From assembly GCF_009914755.1 (NCBI RefSeq), contig NC_060938.1: DNA of 64,000 bases. One strand, given 5' to 3'. Within the stretch, counting starts at the first letter, position 1. Every line of letters starts with the position of its first letter. The position numbers and the translations under genes were made by a program. Below are positions 14,320-29,292 of this stretch, in pieces. This DNA is from the human T2T-CHM13v2.0 reference genome, Homo sapiens. The notes beneath the pieces are model-generated. The model was not told the origin of the DNA and did no database searches. It was given only the letters and a program-made list of their open reading frames with translations.

Positions 14320-16319
14320 TAAATACAAATCTTACTTTTCTGACAAACTGGAGACCTTCTAGAACAATGATTTCCAAATTTTTTAAAGAATCAAACTCCT
14401 CCTCAAGTGATGTATTAGACAGATTGTGCAGCAGCCCTGGCTGTGGAGTGGGATAGATGCCCCACCCTTTTGGGCTTCTTTCCCTCTCCCTCCCTTGGCA
14501 GCCATCCATGCGCCCCTCCATTGAGCTGTGACTCTGCAGAACAGGGAGAAACTATGCTGGTGGAAAGTGTGAGCTGGTATGTCTAGGTATTTATTGACAA
14601 AATCATGATACTGCCAAAGACTATATATGTTGCTGGTTTGACAAAAGTATGTTTGTATATCTATGGCACAGGTGAGCTATGGCCTCTATAGAGAGCCATT
14701 TGACAGTTAGGTATAGTTCCTGCCTAGAGGGAAGTAACAACTTAGGTCCTGTAACAGGCACACAGATATGTGTATGGTGGTGGGTGCTGGGTATCTACGT
14801 TTCCAGGTCATTTCCACCATGACCTAGCCCAGATAAACATGAAGATATGAGGAAGGCTTCTTGGGAGCCACAAGTCTGCTTAGGGACCAAACAGGAGAGA
14901 TTCTTCCATCATTTTTGAATCAACATTCCGTGACAGTCAAAAAGCCATAGGGTTCCCCTCGGGGTTTCCTTAATCCTATGTTGGTTCAGTGAAGCTCATC
15001 TATTCCAGTTGACTTGAAGGTCATTGATAACAAATTGATGATTTGGTGACTGTTACATAACTGTTTCGATTATGAATTTTGATTGACCTCTGCCTCCCCC
15101 ACAAGTTATCAGCACCCATGTTTCCTATCCCCATTGCTGGCGGGTACCATGAACCATTCACTACTTGTGCTTGGGCTGAGTCTTTCTCAACAAGCACAGC
15201 CTAGGAAGCAAGAACAGCAGGTGGAATTGTGTGCTCTGAAGGCTGTTGACTGACAAGGCCCGGTATGTGGTATTAACCTACCCTGGCCAGCTCCTGTTAC
15301 CTCTGCAGCCCACAACCAGCAATAGTGACCATTCTCTGTGATCACAGAAATTGTTCATTGCAGTCCATTTTGTCATGTGAAAGAAAAAATGGGCTTTGTC
15401 TCATAAATTACATCCCATTAAATTCCAAGTATTTCTGAGAATTCAGGAAGAGGAACAGAGTAAGTTCTGTTTGTTCATGACTGAATAATTGCTAATTGGT
15501 TATTCATTTTAAAACACACAGAGAATTACATTTAATGCTGTTGTCTTCATCTGGAAAGAGATTTGTTTTGTTTGATAGAGCATAAGCTGTGACATCTTGG
15601 GGAAGTACAAATGACTTGGTCCTACCTGAAATTCACAGATTTGAAATTTTACAATTTCCTTTAGGTGAGCAATCAAATAATAGGTACTAAATTACCTTTC
15701 TAATTTATTGGTCCCATAACATTGCAAAAGTACCTCTCAGGCCTGATGGAGCCCTCCTGTTCCATCCACGGGGACTTTTTTCTCTCCCTGAAGACGGGCA
15801 GGAGTTCCTTCTCTTTCCTCCACCCTATGACACTTCCTAAAAACACTCTGTTCCATAAACTGTCTTTCTTGGTTTATTAAAAAAAAAAATCGGTGGTACA
15901 ATGAGGTTCAATATGCAGAATCTGGCATGCGTAGCTTGTGTTAAAGGGCTGACACAGTTGAAATAATGAATTTCATTTATAAAAGGAATGCAGTTGACTA
16001 CTAATGGTTTGAGTTTTCTTCAATTAGTGATGATGAATTTCCCATTCACTCATTCAGTAAATATCAGTTGATCATATTCTCTATGTTCCAATCTTACCCT
16101 ATCCTTCTGATCTTTCTTTATCTGCTCAAGAACTTTCCTGCTGTTTAATTATCTGCTGCTAGGGAGATGGTGAGTGTAATCATGGATGAGAATAAAACAA
16201 TATGAATGAACCTCTGGTTCTTAGCACAGTCCTTTAACCTATAGAGCAATTGTATTAGCCATCATTTCCTTTTTCTGGTAAGTGAGATTTCAAAATAATA
16301 ACTGTATATTATAGCCATC

Positions 16320-16570
16320 CTGAGGAGTTTAAGAACATGGCCTCCAAAATACAATATCCTGAGATTGAATCCTAACTCTGCCACTTACTGTACAGGAGAC
16401 CTTGGGCAAGACACTTCACCTCAGGGTGTCTCAGTTCTCTCACCTGCGAAATGGGATAATAATGTAACCCACCTTTTAGGGTTAGTGTGAGGATTAAATG
16501 AGATAATCCTAAAAAGTTCATAAAATAGGAAGTGGCACAGGGTAAATTCTCAGTAAATGTGAGCCATAAT
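16320..16570 (+). mobile_element. MIR SINE, near full length
   Basis: gaatcctaactctgccacttact...ccttgggcaag...aaatgggataataat...tgtgaggattaaatgagataat. Confidence 0.85.
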
Positions 16571-17091
16571 TATAATTGTAATCATTTTTTGATCTCTTTA
16601 ATTTTTCTTAGTTATCATAGAAAATACAGCTGTGAAGAGTGATCATTGCATATAAATAATGACAATAACCTTTGGACTTACCTGATTCTTGTCTAAAAGC
16701 CTGCTGTGAAAGATGTTGTCCTGGGGCATAGTATACTGTTCTTCCTTCTCTCCCACATGCGGGAAAGGAAGCGCATAGCAATGAGATGGTAGATTACAGT
16801 GGAAGTCAGGAGACACAAAGTTGGGTGTTACACCTTCTTGATTATGGAACAACTCTGGGTGAATTCTTCAGTTACTTGCAGGTTACCTTTTCCTACATAC
16901 AAAATTAAACTGTCAGAAACTACAGTTTGTGGCAGTGAGAGCCTTGAGACATGTACGTATCGTGGCTTATTATATATTTTCAAGAATTTTGTGTATAATG
17001 TGGTGCAAGTGAGCAAAAGCACACATCCTTGTGAGCCCACTGGGTTCCATGGAAGTCTTTTCTTTAACATGTTAAAAAAAACCCCAAAATA

Positions 17092-17270
17092 CTGTCATTT
17101 ATTGAGCCTCTAGTATGTGGTTCTATATATTTATTATCTCATTTATCCTTCAGGGCAATTTGATGACTAACTTGTATTGTTCTCATTTTTCAGATAAGGA
17201 ATCTGAGCCTCCAAGAGTTGTAGTGACATGTTCAAGCCACATGGTTAGTGAGAAGCAGAGAAAGGACCTA
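17092..17270 (-). mobile_element. MIR SINE
   Basis: catttattgagc...ctcatttttcagataaggaatctgagcct. Confidence 0.65.
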
Positions 17271-17399
17271 AGGTCAGAGCAATCTTAAGCAGGTCGTCTG
17301 TGGTCATGGTTAGTGTGGTTTGCTTCCAGGCCAGACCATTTCCTTGCTGATGCAAGATTCTCCAGAGCTCTCCTTTTCCCCCGGGAAGTGGTGATTGGC

Positions 17400-17563
17400 T
17401 GCTCCATCAGCCTGTGTCCTTGAGTGACTGTGCTGGGCAGAATGCCCTGCCAGCCTGAGAGGGACCTGTGGTGTAGAACATGAAATAAAAACCTTTGTGG
17501 TTTTCAGTTATTGAGATCTGGGGGTTCTTTGTTACTGCACCATAACCTGGCAGATCTTAAACA
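17400..17563 (+). mobile_element. Old MaLR LTR 3' part (MLT1J/K-like)
   Basis: gtccttgagtgactgtg...gaaataaaaacctttgtggtttt...tttgttactgcaccataacct. Confidence 0.55.
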
Positions 17564-18347
17564 CAAAATCTTAATGATCTGTACACAGATTGAATACTTG
17601 GTGCCCATTTCAAACATTTTTAGAATAGGAAGGAAAACCCAGAATCCAAGAAAGCAAAGTCTTGAATTCTAAATTCTCGTGTCTTTATTGACAGTTTGGT
17701 AAAACAAGCAAACAAACAAAAACACACATTAAAAAAAAACAAAAACAAAAATTAGTCTTAAGGAGTTGTCTTTCAACCATGCAAATAATCATAAGAATCG
17801 TTGTCTTAGTTTTCACAGCTTATCAGAGGACTCTTCACCTTCATTTCTCTTGGTACTGTATCTATGTGGCCTGAGGAGGAATCATGGCTATAACGTGGTT
17901 TCTGCCTGTGCAAGCAGATTGAATTTATTTCTGTCTGAGCCCATCCCTATCTGTCATCCAATTATCATCAATAAATATTTAAATGTCAGGCCAGCAGCCC
18001 CAGAAGGGAGCCCTGGGTATTAGGCCTTTGCGAGTCCCAGCTGATCGTTATTAATTCAATGAATGTAGTTGTAAATTGGCTAAGAATACACAATGGAAGC
18101 GATTACAAGTGCTCTTGTCAGTGTGGGCTCATTCCATTGAAAGATGGTTCAGATTTGCTTTTGCCTCATTCCAAGGAAATATGAGATGCAATTTGCTTCA
18201 AACTAAATGCTCGCTTAGTTTCTTGCCCAAATGTTAAACAAGAATAAGGCAGGTTGGAAGGACCATCTCTGGAATGTATTGTTCTGAATGACTTAGAGGT
18301 TTGCAGGGCCACTTTTTGAGCTAATGTAAATTGGCAGGAAAATGCTT

Positions 18348-18387
18348 TCCATTGAGATGAATTATGTGCTCAGGGTTACCTGGTTTT
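18348..18387 (+). repeat. Dispersed local duplication, pair 2 donor (40 bp)
   Basis: TCCATTGAGATGAATTATGTGCTCAGGGTTACCTGGTTTT, identical to 20076-20115. Confidence 0.97.
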
Positions 18388-18819
18388 TTATCTGAGTTAG
18401 AGAAGTCAGAGTAGATAAAAATGAAATGACCCATTATCAAATAATCAATGAAAAAGCTACACTCCTGCAATGTTTCTGGATCAATATACAAGTTACCTTT
18501 CAGATAGATGAATTGTCCTTGTGTTGTTCAGAGCAGAACAAAGCCCGCCTCCAGCCAGTCTCCCCAAATGCACTCTGTGTGAAAACATAAAGCATTAAAC
18601 CATCAGGGACAAAAAAGTGGGGTGCTGTCCACATGGCAGCCCTTCCCAAACGGTGCTCAATGAGACTATTCTTGGGAATGTGTTTGGTACACACGGATCT
18701 GAGGCACAGCTGTTGCAGGTTAAGGGCGAGGTGTAGAAGAGGTTCTGGGGACACAGCATGTTCATTCCCCAAGGGCAGGAGCATCAATCAGCAAGAACTT
18801 CCCGAAAGATATATTTCAC

Positions 18820-19068
18820 ATGATCTATCAAAATTTAAATTGCTCTACACTTTGTCCTAGCAATCCAATTTTAAGAATTCATCCTGCAAATTGTAGCTAC
18901 ACATGTATGCCAAGATCTTTGTGAGAGGATGTTTCTTGTTTGTGATGGTAAAAACATAATCACAAGTTGAAAATGTCCATCACAATGGGAATGGTTAGGT
19001 AAACTGTAATATATCAACACTGTCAAGTACTATCAGCTGTTAAAAGGTAGATATGTATATGCTAACAT
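18820..19068 (+). mobile_element. Old L1 (L1ME-like) ORF2 3' fragment
   Basis: tttgtcctagcaatccaatttt...aaatgtccatcacaatgggaatggttaggtaaactg. Confidence 0.6.
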
Positions 19069-19106
19069 GTGATCTTGGGAACTTATTTAATCTCTCATGA
19101 ATAACT

Positions 19107-19267
19107 CATGACTCCCACCGCCTTCTTCCATTCTAAGACCATTCCATGTCTTATTCAGCCCTGAATATTCAATATCTAACATAGGGCCTGACTCCATAAT
19201 GCTAATTACATTTGATTAAATATTTGCTAAAAAAATTGAGGGTGCTGACAGAGATCCCCCTTGCCTT
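19107..19267 (+). repeat. Dispersed local duplication, pair 3 derived copy (interrupts a + strand MIR fragment at about 19068-19320)
   Basis: About 87% identical to 19718-19874; MIR text tgtgatcttgggaacttatttaatctctc resumes as ...tttgtaaaatagggataataatagta after the copy. Confidence 0.92.
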
Positions 19268-19519
19268 ATGTTTTACTTATCCAATTTGTAAAATAGGGAT
19301 AATAATAGTATTTAATAAGTATTAGCTGAGTGACAGATAAAATGAAAGGGGTGTGTGTGTGTGTGTGTGCATGTACGTATATATACAATGTTTTATTTTT
19401 GGAGAGACTAAACTCTAGAAAAGTAAGTGAAAAACTCATAGACAGAGCTAAGCAAAGAATCCCAAGATCCTCACCTGGGAGTGTGAGATGGGAAGATGAA
19501 AGAGGAGGAAAAGTAGCCT

Positions 19520-19735
19520 GTCCTGCACGTGCAGACTACTGTGTGCAGAGCTATCTGTTATATGCTTTTCACAGTTGTTTCATTTAAAACTCACCATCAT
19601 TTGAAGTATTATCATTCCCATTTACAGATGAGAAAAATAAAGCTCAGAAAACTTACCCAAGATCACTCAGTTGAAGTAGCAGAACTACGCTTCCAATCTA
19701 GGTCTAGTGTTAAAGCCCATGGCTCCCACCACTTC
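19520..19735 (-). mobile_element. MIR SINE
   Basis: attcccatttacagatgagaaaaataaagctcagaaaacttacccaagatcac...agtagcagaact. Confidence 0.75.
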
Positions 19736-19874
19736 CTTCCATTCTGAGACCACATTTTACTCATCCCTGAGTATTCAATGTCTAGCATAGGGCCTGACTC
19801 CATAATACTTCTTACATTTGATTAAATATTTGCTAAAAAAAATTGAGGATGCTGAGTGAGATCCCCTTTGCTTT
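19718..19874 (+). repeat. Dispersed local duplication, pair 3 donor
   Basis: Contiguous with the MIR end and contains an L2-like 3' end; copied to 19107-19267. Confidence 0.92.
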
Positions 19875-19968
19875 CTGTTCCTTAACACGTGTGTCAGTGC
19901 TCCCTTCCCCAAACAACCTAGATTTTCTTGAATGTTTAAGGTCTTTTTTTGTATGTATCTTACCCACC

Positions 19969-20410
19969 TGTATCAGTCAGCATAGCCTAAGTTACACTGC
20001 AGTGGCAAACAACTCTAAGCGTGTCAGTGAATTACTCCTTTGTTAATGTACCTCACGGACTGACTGCCAGTCTGCTCCATTGAGATGAATTATGTGCTCA
20101 GGGTTACCTGGTTTTCATTTTGGGACCCAGGCGGAAGAAGCAGCTCCTTCCTGAGACATGGTGGGTCTCACTGGAGAGAAGAGGGATGCAGGAATCATAT
20201 AATGTCCCTGAAAACTTCTGCACAGAAGTAGCACATGTCACTTCCACTCACATTTCATTGGCCACAGTGAGTCTGATGGCAGACATGAACACTACGAAAT
20301 GGAAAGAGCGTGATCTTCTTGTAGGAGGGGTGTCTGCAGACAGAGGCCAGTAAGAAGAAACTGGGAAGAAAGGCAGCAACTATTTTGAACAGTAATGCAA
20401 TATACATCAC
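19969..20410 (-). mobile_element. Old MaLR LTR (MLT1K/L-like) carrying a 40-bp insert
   Basis: tgtatcagtcagcatagcctaagttacactgcagt...cagaagtagcacatgtcacttccactcacatttcattggcca. Confidence 0.7.
20076..20115 (+). repeat. Dispersed local duplication, pair 2 derived copy (40 bp)
   Basis: Identical to 18348-18387; sits inside the MLT1 LTR. Confidence 0.97.
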
Positions 20411-20574
20411 CACATTACTGCAAAATAAATTATAAGCTGCTTAAAGTGACACTGTTTTCTGTATCTGTTTAGCTTTGTATCTCCAATGGAACTTTAACTT
20501 TTCCAATGCTAGTGCCTGCCTTCTTCTCTACATAGTAAACATTACCTTTGATGGGAGTCAGTCTTATTCAAAAT

Positions 20575-21081
20575 CAGCAGTTCTCAAAATGTGTTGGGGG
20601 AACCCCAGTGTTTCTGAGACTTTCTCAGTATCTTTGTGAGGTCAAAACTATCTTAATAATAATTCTACAAAGACGTTATTTGCCTTTTTCACTTGCATCC
20701 TCCCATGAGTGGACAGAGGGGTTCTCCAGATGCTCTGTGACATGTGATATCAGAACAGGTTGAATATAGAAGCAGATATGAGAGTCTAGCTATCTTTAAA
20801 GAAGCCAGGCATGAAAGAGATGTGCAAAAATATAAAGCAAAGCCAATCTCTTACTAATGTTTTTGTTTTGGAAAATATAGTTGTATTTTGTGAAAATATT
20901 AACATGTAGTAGGTTAATTCTTTTAAGATTAACAAATTCATATTTAAAATTCTTTTCAGTTTTAATTTCTAATGGCAAAAATCAATACTTGTAATACATT
21001 TACACTAAAGCTCTTTCAGGTCCTTAATCATCTTTCAAGAGTATAAAGGGTTTCTGAGAACAAAATGTTTGAGAACTTCTG
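20575..21081. mobile_element. Non-autonomous hAT-Charlie DNA transposon (Charlie4a-like)
   Basis: Terminal inverted repeats CAGCAGTTCTCAAA (20575-20588) and TTTGAGAACTTCTG (21068-21081); gtgaggtcaaaacta...agacgttatttgcctttttcact. Confidence 0.75.
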
Positions 21082-21989
21082 TCTTAACATGATTGTGGCA
21101 GGCCCTGCCTGTTTCAATGACAATGTTAGCTGGAAAGATCATTAAACACAGTTAAAGTTTCCTTAGCTATACTGAAGATAGCATTGAGCCCAGTGGGTTC
21201 TTATAAATACTGTTATTTTTCATAATCATCACCAGTGTTCCATATCTGGTACTTCCTAAAGGGGGAGAGATGATTAGTTTGTTAAAGAAGATTGGTTGCA
21301 TGAATTATTTCCAGCCTTGCAGAAGTTCACAGCTTGATATTGCATCAGTAATGAATAAGAAAAATGGTGGTATATAACCCTGAAAAGAAAAATGCTGCTT
21401 TCTAATAAGAGGCACTAGTAATTGAACGTTGTCTTGGAGCTTTATGATCATGTCTCGCTAGCTTCAACACAGAAGAACTGAAAACAAGCCATGCTTTTAC
21501 AGCGGTGAATAATAATAATGATGACTTTGTATGGAGCCTTGATTCAGGCACTGTGGCGTTTTTCACGTACAAATCAATTAAGTCTCCATTCACGTTTGTG
21601 ACCAAACTTCGCTAGTTTATTTATTTTTTAAAATCTACCTCCTGCTTTTGTCTTTGCACTGTGCCAGTACTCTCTTCCACAAACAAAAGGTGTCACCCGA
21701 CAAAAGGGCTTGAATTTATGGGCAGGGTCCTTTTTTCTCTGTTGCGGAATTTTTATCAAATAACTTTGCATGGGATGCAGTGTGGAAAGGGAGTGAGTAT
21801 GAACATTCTTCATTTCATGGTCATACTGATTGTAAGACTATGACAAGGCTGGACAGAGGGTAGGGGTCTGGAGGAAGCCCTGGTCATTTAAGAGTTTAGT
21901 TGGCATTGTGCTGGTTCCACAGAGGGATCTATCAGAGAAATCACTGGTGCTGGCAGAGAGCTTAGTAGCTGCTAAAAACTGTATTTATT

Positions 21990-24310
<2,321 letters not shown>

Positions 24311-24594
24311 ATAATATTCCATAGGTGGATATGCCATAATTCATAAATGTAAAAACAGTTTTACATTTTACTAGTAATTTTAAGTAGTGGTTGGCTGGTA
24401 AATGAAGGCAGTTTTTCCTTCTTGAGTTCTACTGGCAACCCTGCCCTGTGTGATCTTGTTGAGAGGAGGATAACAAAAGGATATGGCCTTTGGGTTCAAA
24501 TCTTGGCTCTGCCACTTGGTACCTTGGGGGAAATAAATTAATCTCTCTATACTTTAGTTTTCTCTTCTGGAGAAAGGATAATGATAGTAATTTC

Positions 24595-25090
24595 TGTCTC
24601 AGCAAGGGTTTAGTACAAGAAACTAAAACTCTTCTAGGTGTTTTAGCAGAAAGGGATTTAATACAAGGAACTATATACTTACACAGTTGCTGAAAGGGCT
24701 GGAGGAGCAGTGATTCCCTATCACAGAACTGACGTACTAGGGGAGCTGTACCTCTGAAGCCAGCACGATGGGAACTGGTGAGTTTAAAAACACAGCTGAA
24801 ATGTTGTATTGCTACTGGTTCTGCTTCAAATGCCCAGGAAGCTGGAGAAGGACTGCAGTCCTGCTGCAGAAAAGGATCACATCTCCACACCCTTGCTTGC
24901 CAGAATGAAATTTCTAAAAGGGGCAAGAAGTGGCCTCTGCCTCATTTTCACCTTCCCAAACTCATGCAAATACTTATAACTTATGAAACCTAATCTATAT
25001 GCAAAGCCTGAGCTCCAAAGGAATTTGGGAAATAGTTTTCAGCTTTCTAGTATGGAGGATGATCAAGCCAATCCACAATATCTGCTATAA
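24595..25090 (-). mobile_element. Very old LTR relic (MaLR/ERVL) inside a MIR
   Basis: ctaggtgttttagcagaaagggatttaatacaaggaa; MIR text flanks at about 24470-24595 and 25090-25180. Confidence 0.4.
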
Positions 25091-26219
25091 TGCCTTCCAT
25101 GAGATTGTTGTGAAGATGAAATAAAATAATTCATGTGAGTACCTGGTAAAGAGTGATGCAGTAAATGCTATTTATTGTCGTTTATAGAGAGCAAGGCATG
25201 TGCCAGGGACTGAGCTTATTTACTAGGGATGGAAAAATTAATAATGTTTCTTTGCTGTCCTCAAAATATTTCCAGTATAAAGAGGGTAGGAATTAAATAA
25301 TTATATTACAACCAAAAAAAGTGCTATGGGAAGGCAGGGGACAGGGTAACTTGGTTGGCAGTGTGTGTTAATTCGCTTACTTATTCATGAGAAAGCATAT
25401 TTGCTGGCATAACTCACTGTACTGACCAGGCCTATTGCTTGGTGCTGGGATGTAGAACTGAACCAGACAAATGTCTCTGCCTTGTGATGCCCTATGTGTT
25501 CTCAGTGGGGAGTGATGACTGGGGGGAAGTCAGAAGGAAAGGCTTCACAGAGGAGGAAACATATGGGCTGGCTCTTTAAGGATGAAGAACATTTTAGGCA
25601 GAGAAGGGAAAGAAGGCAAGTACAGACTTACAAAGAATTTTAGTTCTTGGCTTAGGGCAGCATTTCCCAAAGTGTGTCCCATAGAACACTAGTCCCCAGA
25701 GTGGCTCCTCGAAGGGATGGTTCTGCAGTAAGTCACCATCTAGGGGTCATGATGATGATTAGCTTATTAAAATGTTGACAAGACTTACAGTAAAATGCTA
25801 TTAACTTTTTAACTCAATGTTTATTATATTTTTTGTCACAAAAACCTTCTTTGATGGAATATCTATTAGTATAGAATACACTCTGCAAAACATAAACCCA
25901 AGGTGATCAACCGCTTCATTCTACAGCTGGCAAAATGGGGCACAGGCAGGCTAAGGGTCACACCATTGGATTATAAGCTGAAAGAAGTCAGGGACCATGT
26001 TTCTCTCCAGCAACTTTTTTTTTTTATTATTAAGGAATTAACCTAGTACATGGCACTAGACTGTTAGGGATGAAGAATTGATGAATTAATGAAAAACTAA
26101 TCCAGAAGAGAACTCAGATATCTCAACTTTCAGGCCTATGTTTTTATTAATATATACCTTTCAGCCAATGGGAAGACATTCTCCCCACAAGGGTTATGTA
26201 CAGCCTTTTCCCTTTGAGG

Positions 26220-26352
26220 TAGCGTTGCCTGATAAAATTTAGGGTGCACGCAATATTTGGACATATTTATACCCCAAAATTATTCATTGTCTATCTGCTG
26301 TTCAAATTTAACTGGCATTCCATATTTTTATTTGCAAAATTTGGCAACCCTA
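26220..26352. mobile_element. MER53 hAT MITE (internally deleted)
   Basis: TIRs tagcgttgcctgat / atttggcaacccta; aaattattcattgtctatctg...ttcaaatttaactgg. Confidence 0.75.
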
Positions 26353-28136
26353 CTCTTGGGGAAACAGTATGGAAATCTTTCTACCTGCTAATGTTACTTG
26401 TTAATCACCTTAAAAAGCCATTTATAAACAGACTTGTATTTTGCTTTCCAGTATATCACAGGGTCAATCCTTTTAAGTGGGTCTAAGAAGATAAACTGAT
26501 TATGTTCACCTTAGTTTCTTTCAAGTTCCTGCTGAGAGAAAAAGCTTTTGTGTAAACAGGGAAGTGACAAAGCATTTGTTTCATCAGCCTGCACCCTAGC
26601 ACATGTGAGAGGGTGCCAGTAAATTCTTCCAGCCTGGGCAGCCCTTTATAATCCACAGGAGAAGCACAGACTGAGATAGTAAGAGATATGTGAAGGAACA
26701 GGGAAGACAATTTCCTAAGTAATGAGGCTGTTTAGACCTTGCAGAGGAAGGACACTGCTATTATACACCCTAAGCCAGGTCTGTGTTTCCAAAAGGTGAT
26801 ACTCTTAGCCACAATTTTTTGAGTTTGGACCAGATGATTCCTTCATTTTGTGCAGTGCAGACCTGGATATAGATAATAAATTGTAATGCCCTTAAAAGCT
26901 CTCTTGTTCCCCATCCATCTTTGTCCTGCCTCACAAAGATGTACTGAGACCTCTCACAAACCATCCATTGTGACTTTGCCAGGGGATCCTGATCTTAAGA
27001 CAATTAAACAATTAAAAAAGATCAGTTAAAAAAAAATCCTTCTTCTCTGCTCCTTATGCTGTTGGCTGCTTAAGCTGTTTGCTTTCATCCTCAGCTCTTG
27101 TGTGAATTATACATGTTTTTGTAAACTCAAACTTAAAACCCAGTATGTCTTTAGATAGCTTTTTGCACTGCACCCTTTAATGTGGGTTATTTTTCACATG
27201 CACTGGGGTGATTTTGCTTGTGCATAGAAGGGCGGTGGCTTGCTTCAAGTATCGGTTAATTGCACTTACATTCATTGGTTTGTTCCTGTTACAAACAGAA
27301 AAGAAAAAAGAAAAAAAACAAAACCCAACCAAACCAACCAAAGAAACACAAAACATTATGTACCAGGAACTGTGTGTAAGGCCCAGGTGAAACAGAGATA
27401 CATAAAGCACAGTCCTTAAGGAATGGAAACGTTAAACAAATACTTACAATTCAATGTGATAAGTCAGTAGAGGTGACATTAGTACAGAGGTGCTGCACAG
27501 AGGGGCAGAAGGAATAACTCCACCTGTGGGAGACGGAGGGGGAATAAAGAGCTGCACAGGGATTTATGAGCTGAATCCTGAGGCATAAATAGGCATTTTC
27601 TCACTGCACAGATTGCAGATGGGAACTCATGCAAAGGCAAGGAAATATGAAGCTGTGTAATTTGTGTTCAGTGAGAGACTTCCACAGGTTAAAGATGGCC
27701 CACTGGGACCCAGAAAGAAAACAGCATAACTCCTTTTCTGTATTTATTTTTATGTAAAAAATCTTTACTAATATTTAGTATATGATTTACAGTTGGGCAT
27801 ATGTAATTTATCAGTTAAGTATAGCTGTGTGGTGAGTTGCATGCTCAAAAATGCTTTACCAAAAGGGGGCGCCCATGATCAAACTAATTTGGCTACTACT
27901 GCTGGAGTGGCAGAATTGGGGGTCCAATTCAGGCCGGCAACAGTGCCAAAGGAGTCCAGATAATTATGTTTCTTGTAGTCCAGGGTATCTCAAAGTATGG
28001 TCCACATATATGTACCTACAATGCTTGCTAAAGAAAAGTGAATTCCCAGGCCTATCCCACATCAATAAAATCAGTATTTCTCAGGAAGAGGGTCTGGGAA
28101 TTTGTGTGTTTAACAAATTCACCAGGTGATGCTTAT

Positions 28137-28774
<638 letters not shown>

Positions 28775-28939
28775 CTTATGTTCACTGAAGTTTGAGGACC
28801 ACTGCTCTAGTCTAACCAACAAAGAAACAGTAAAACCCGTGATAGCTTCTGATGGTAAGCTCCTTTGTTTCTGAGTCTGCACCGAGAGGATGAGCTAGAG
28901 AAACATGGGATTTCCAGCTCCCTGCCTTGCCTTTCAGAC

Positions 28940-29292
28940 CAGCATTGTCCACTAGAAACATAATGGTAGCCACAAATGTGAGCCACATGTGTAATTTAAA
29001 GTTTTCTATCAGCCACAATGGAAAAATGTTTAATGAGACTGTGACATCAGTAAGAAACAGGTGAAATTACTTTTTAATAAGTAGTTAATCTATTATATCC
29101 AAAATATTATCATTTCAACATAAAATCAACATAAAAGATTATGAGTAAGATATTTTACATTTTTTGTATGAAATCTTTGAAATTCTGTGTCATATTTTAT
29201 ACTTCTATTTTAGCACAGCTTAATGTAAACTAGCGAGATCTCAAACACTTAGTGGTCACATGTGGCTACTGGCTACTGTGTTGGACAGGCAG
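28940..29292. mobile_element. MER33 (hAT-Charlie) with short templated insert at 29029-29053
   Basis: cagcattgtccactagaaa...aagaaacaggtgaaatta...cacatgtggctactggctactgtgttggacag. Confidence 0.8.
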
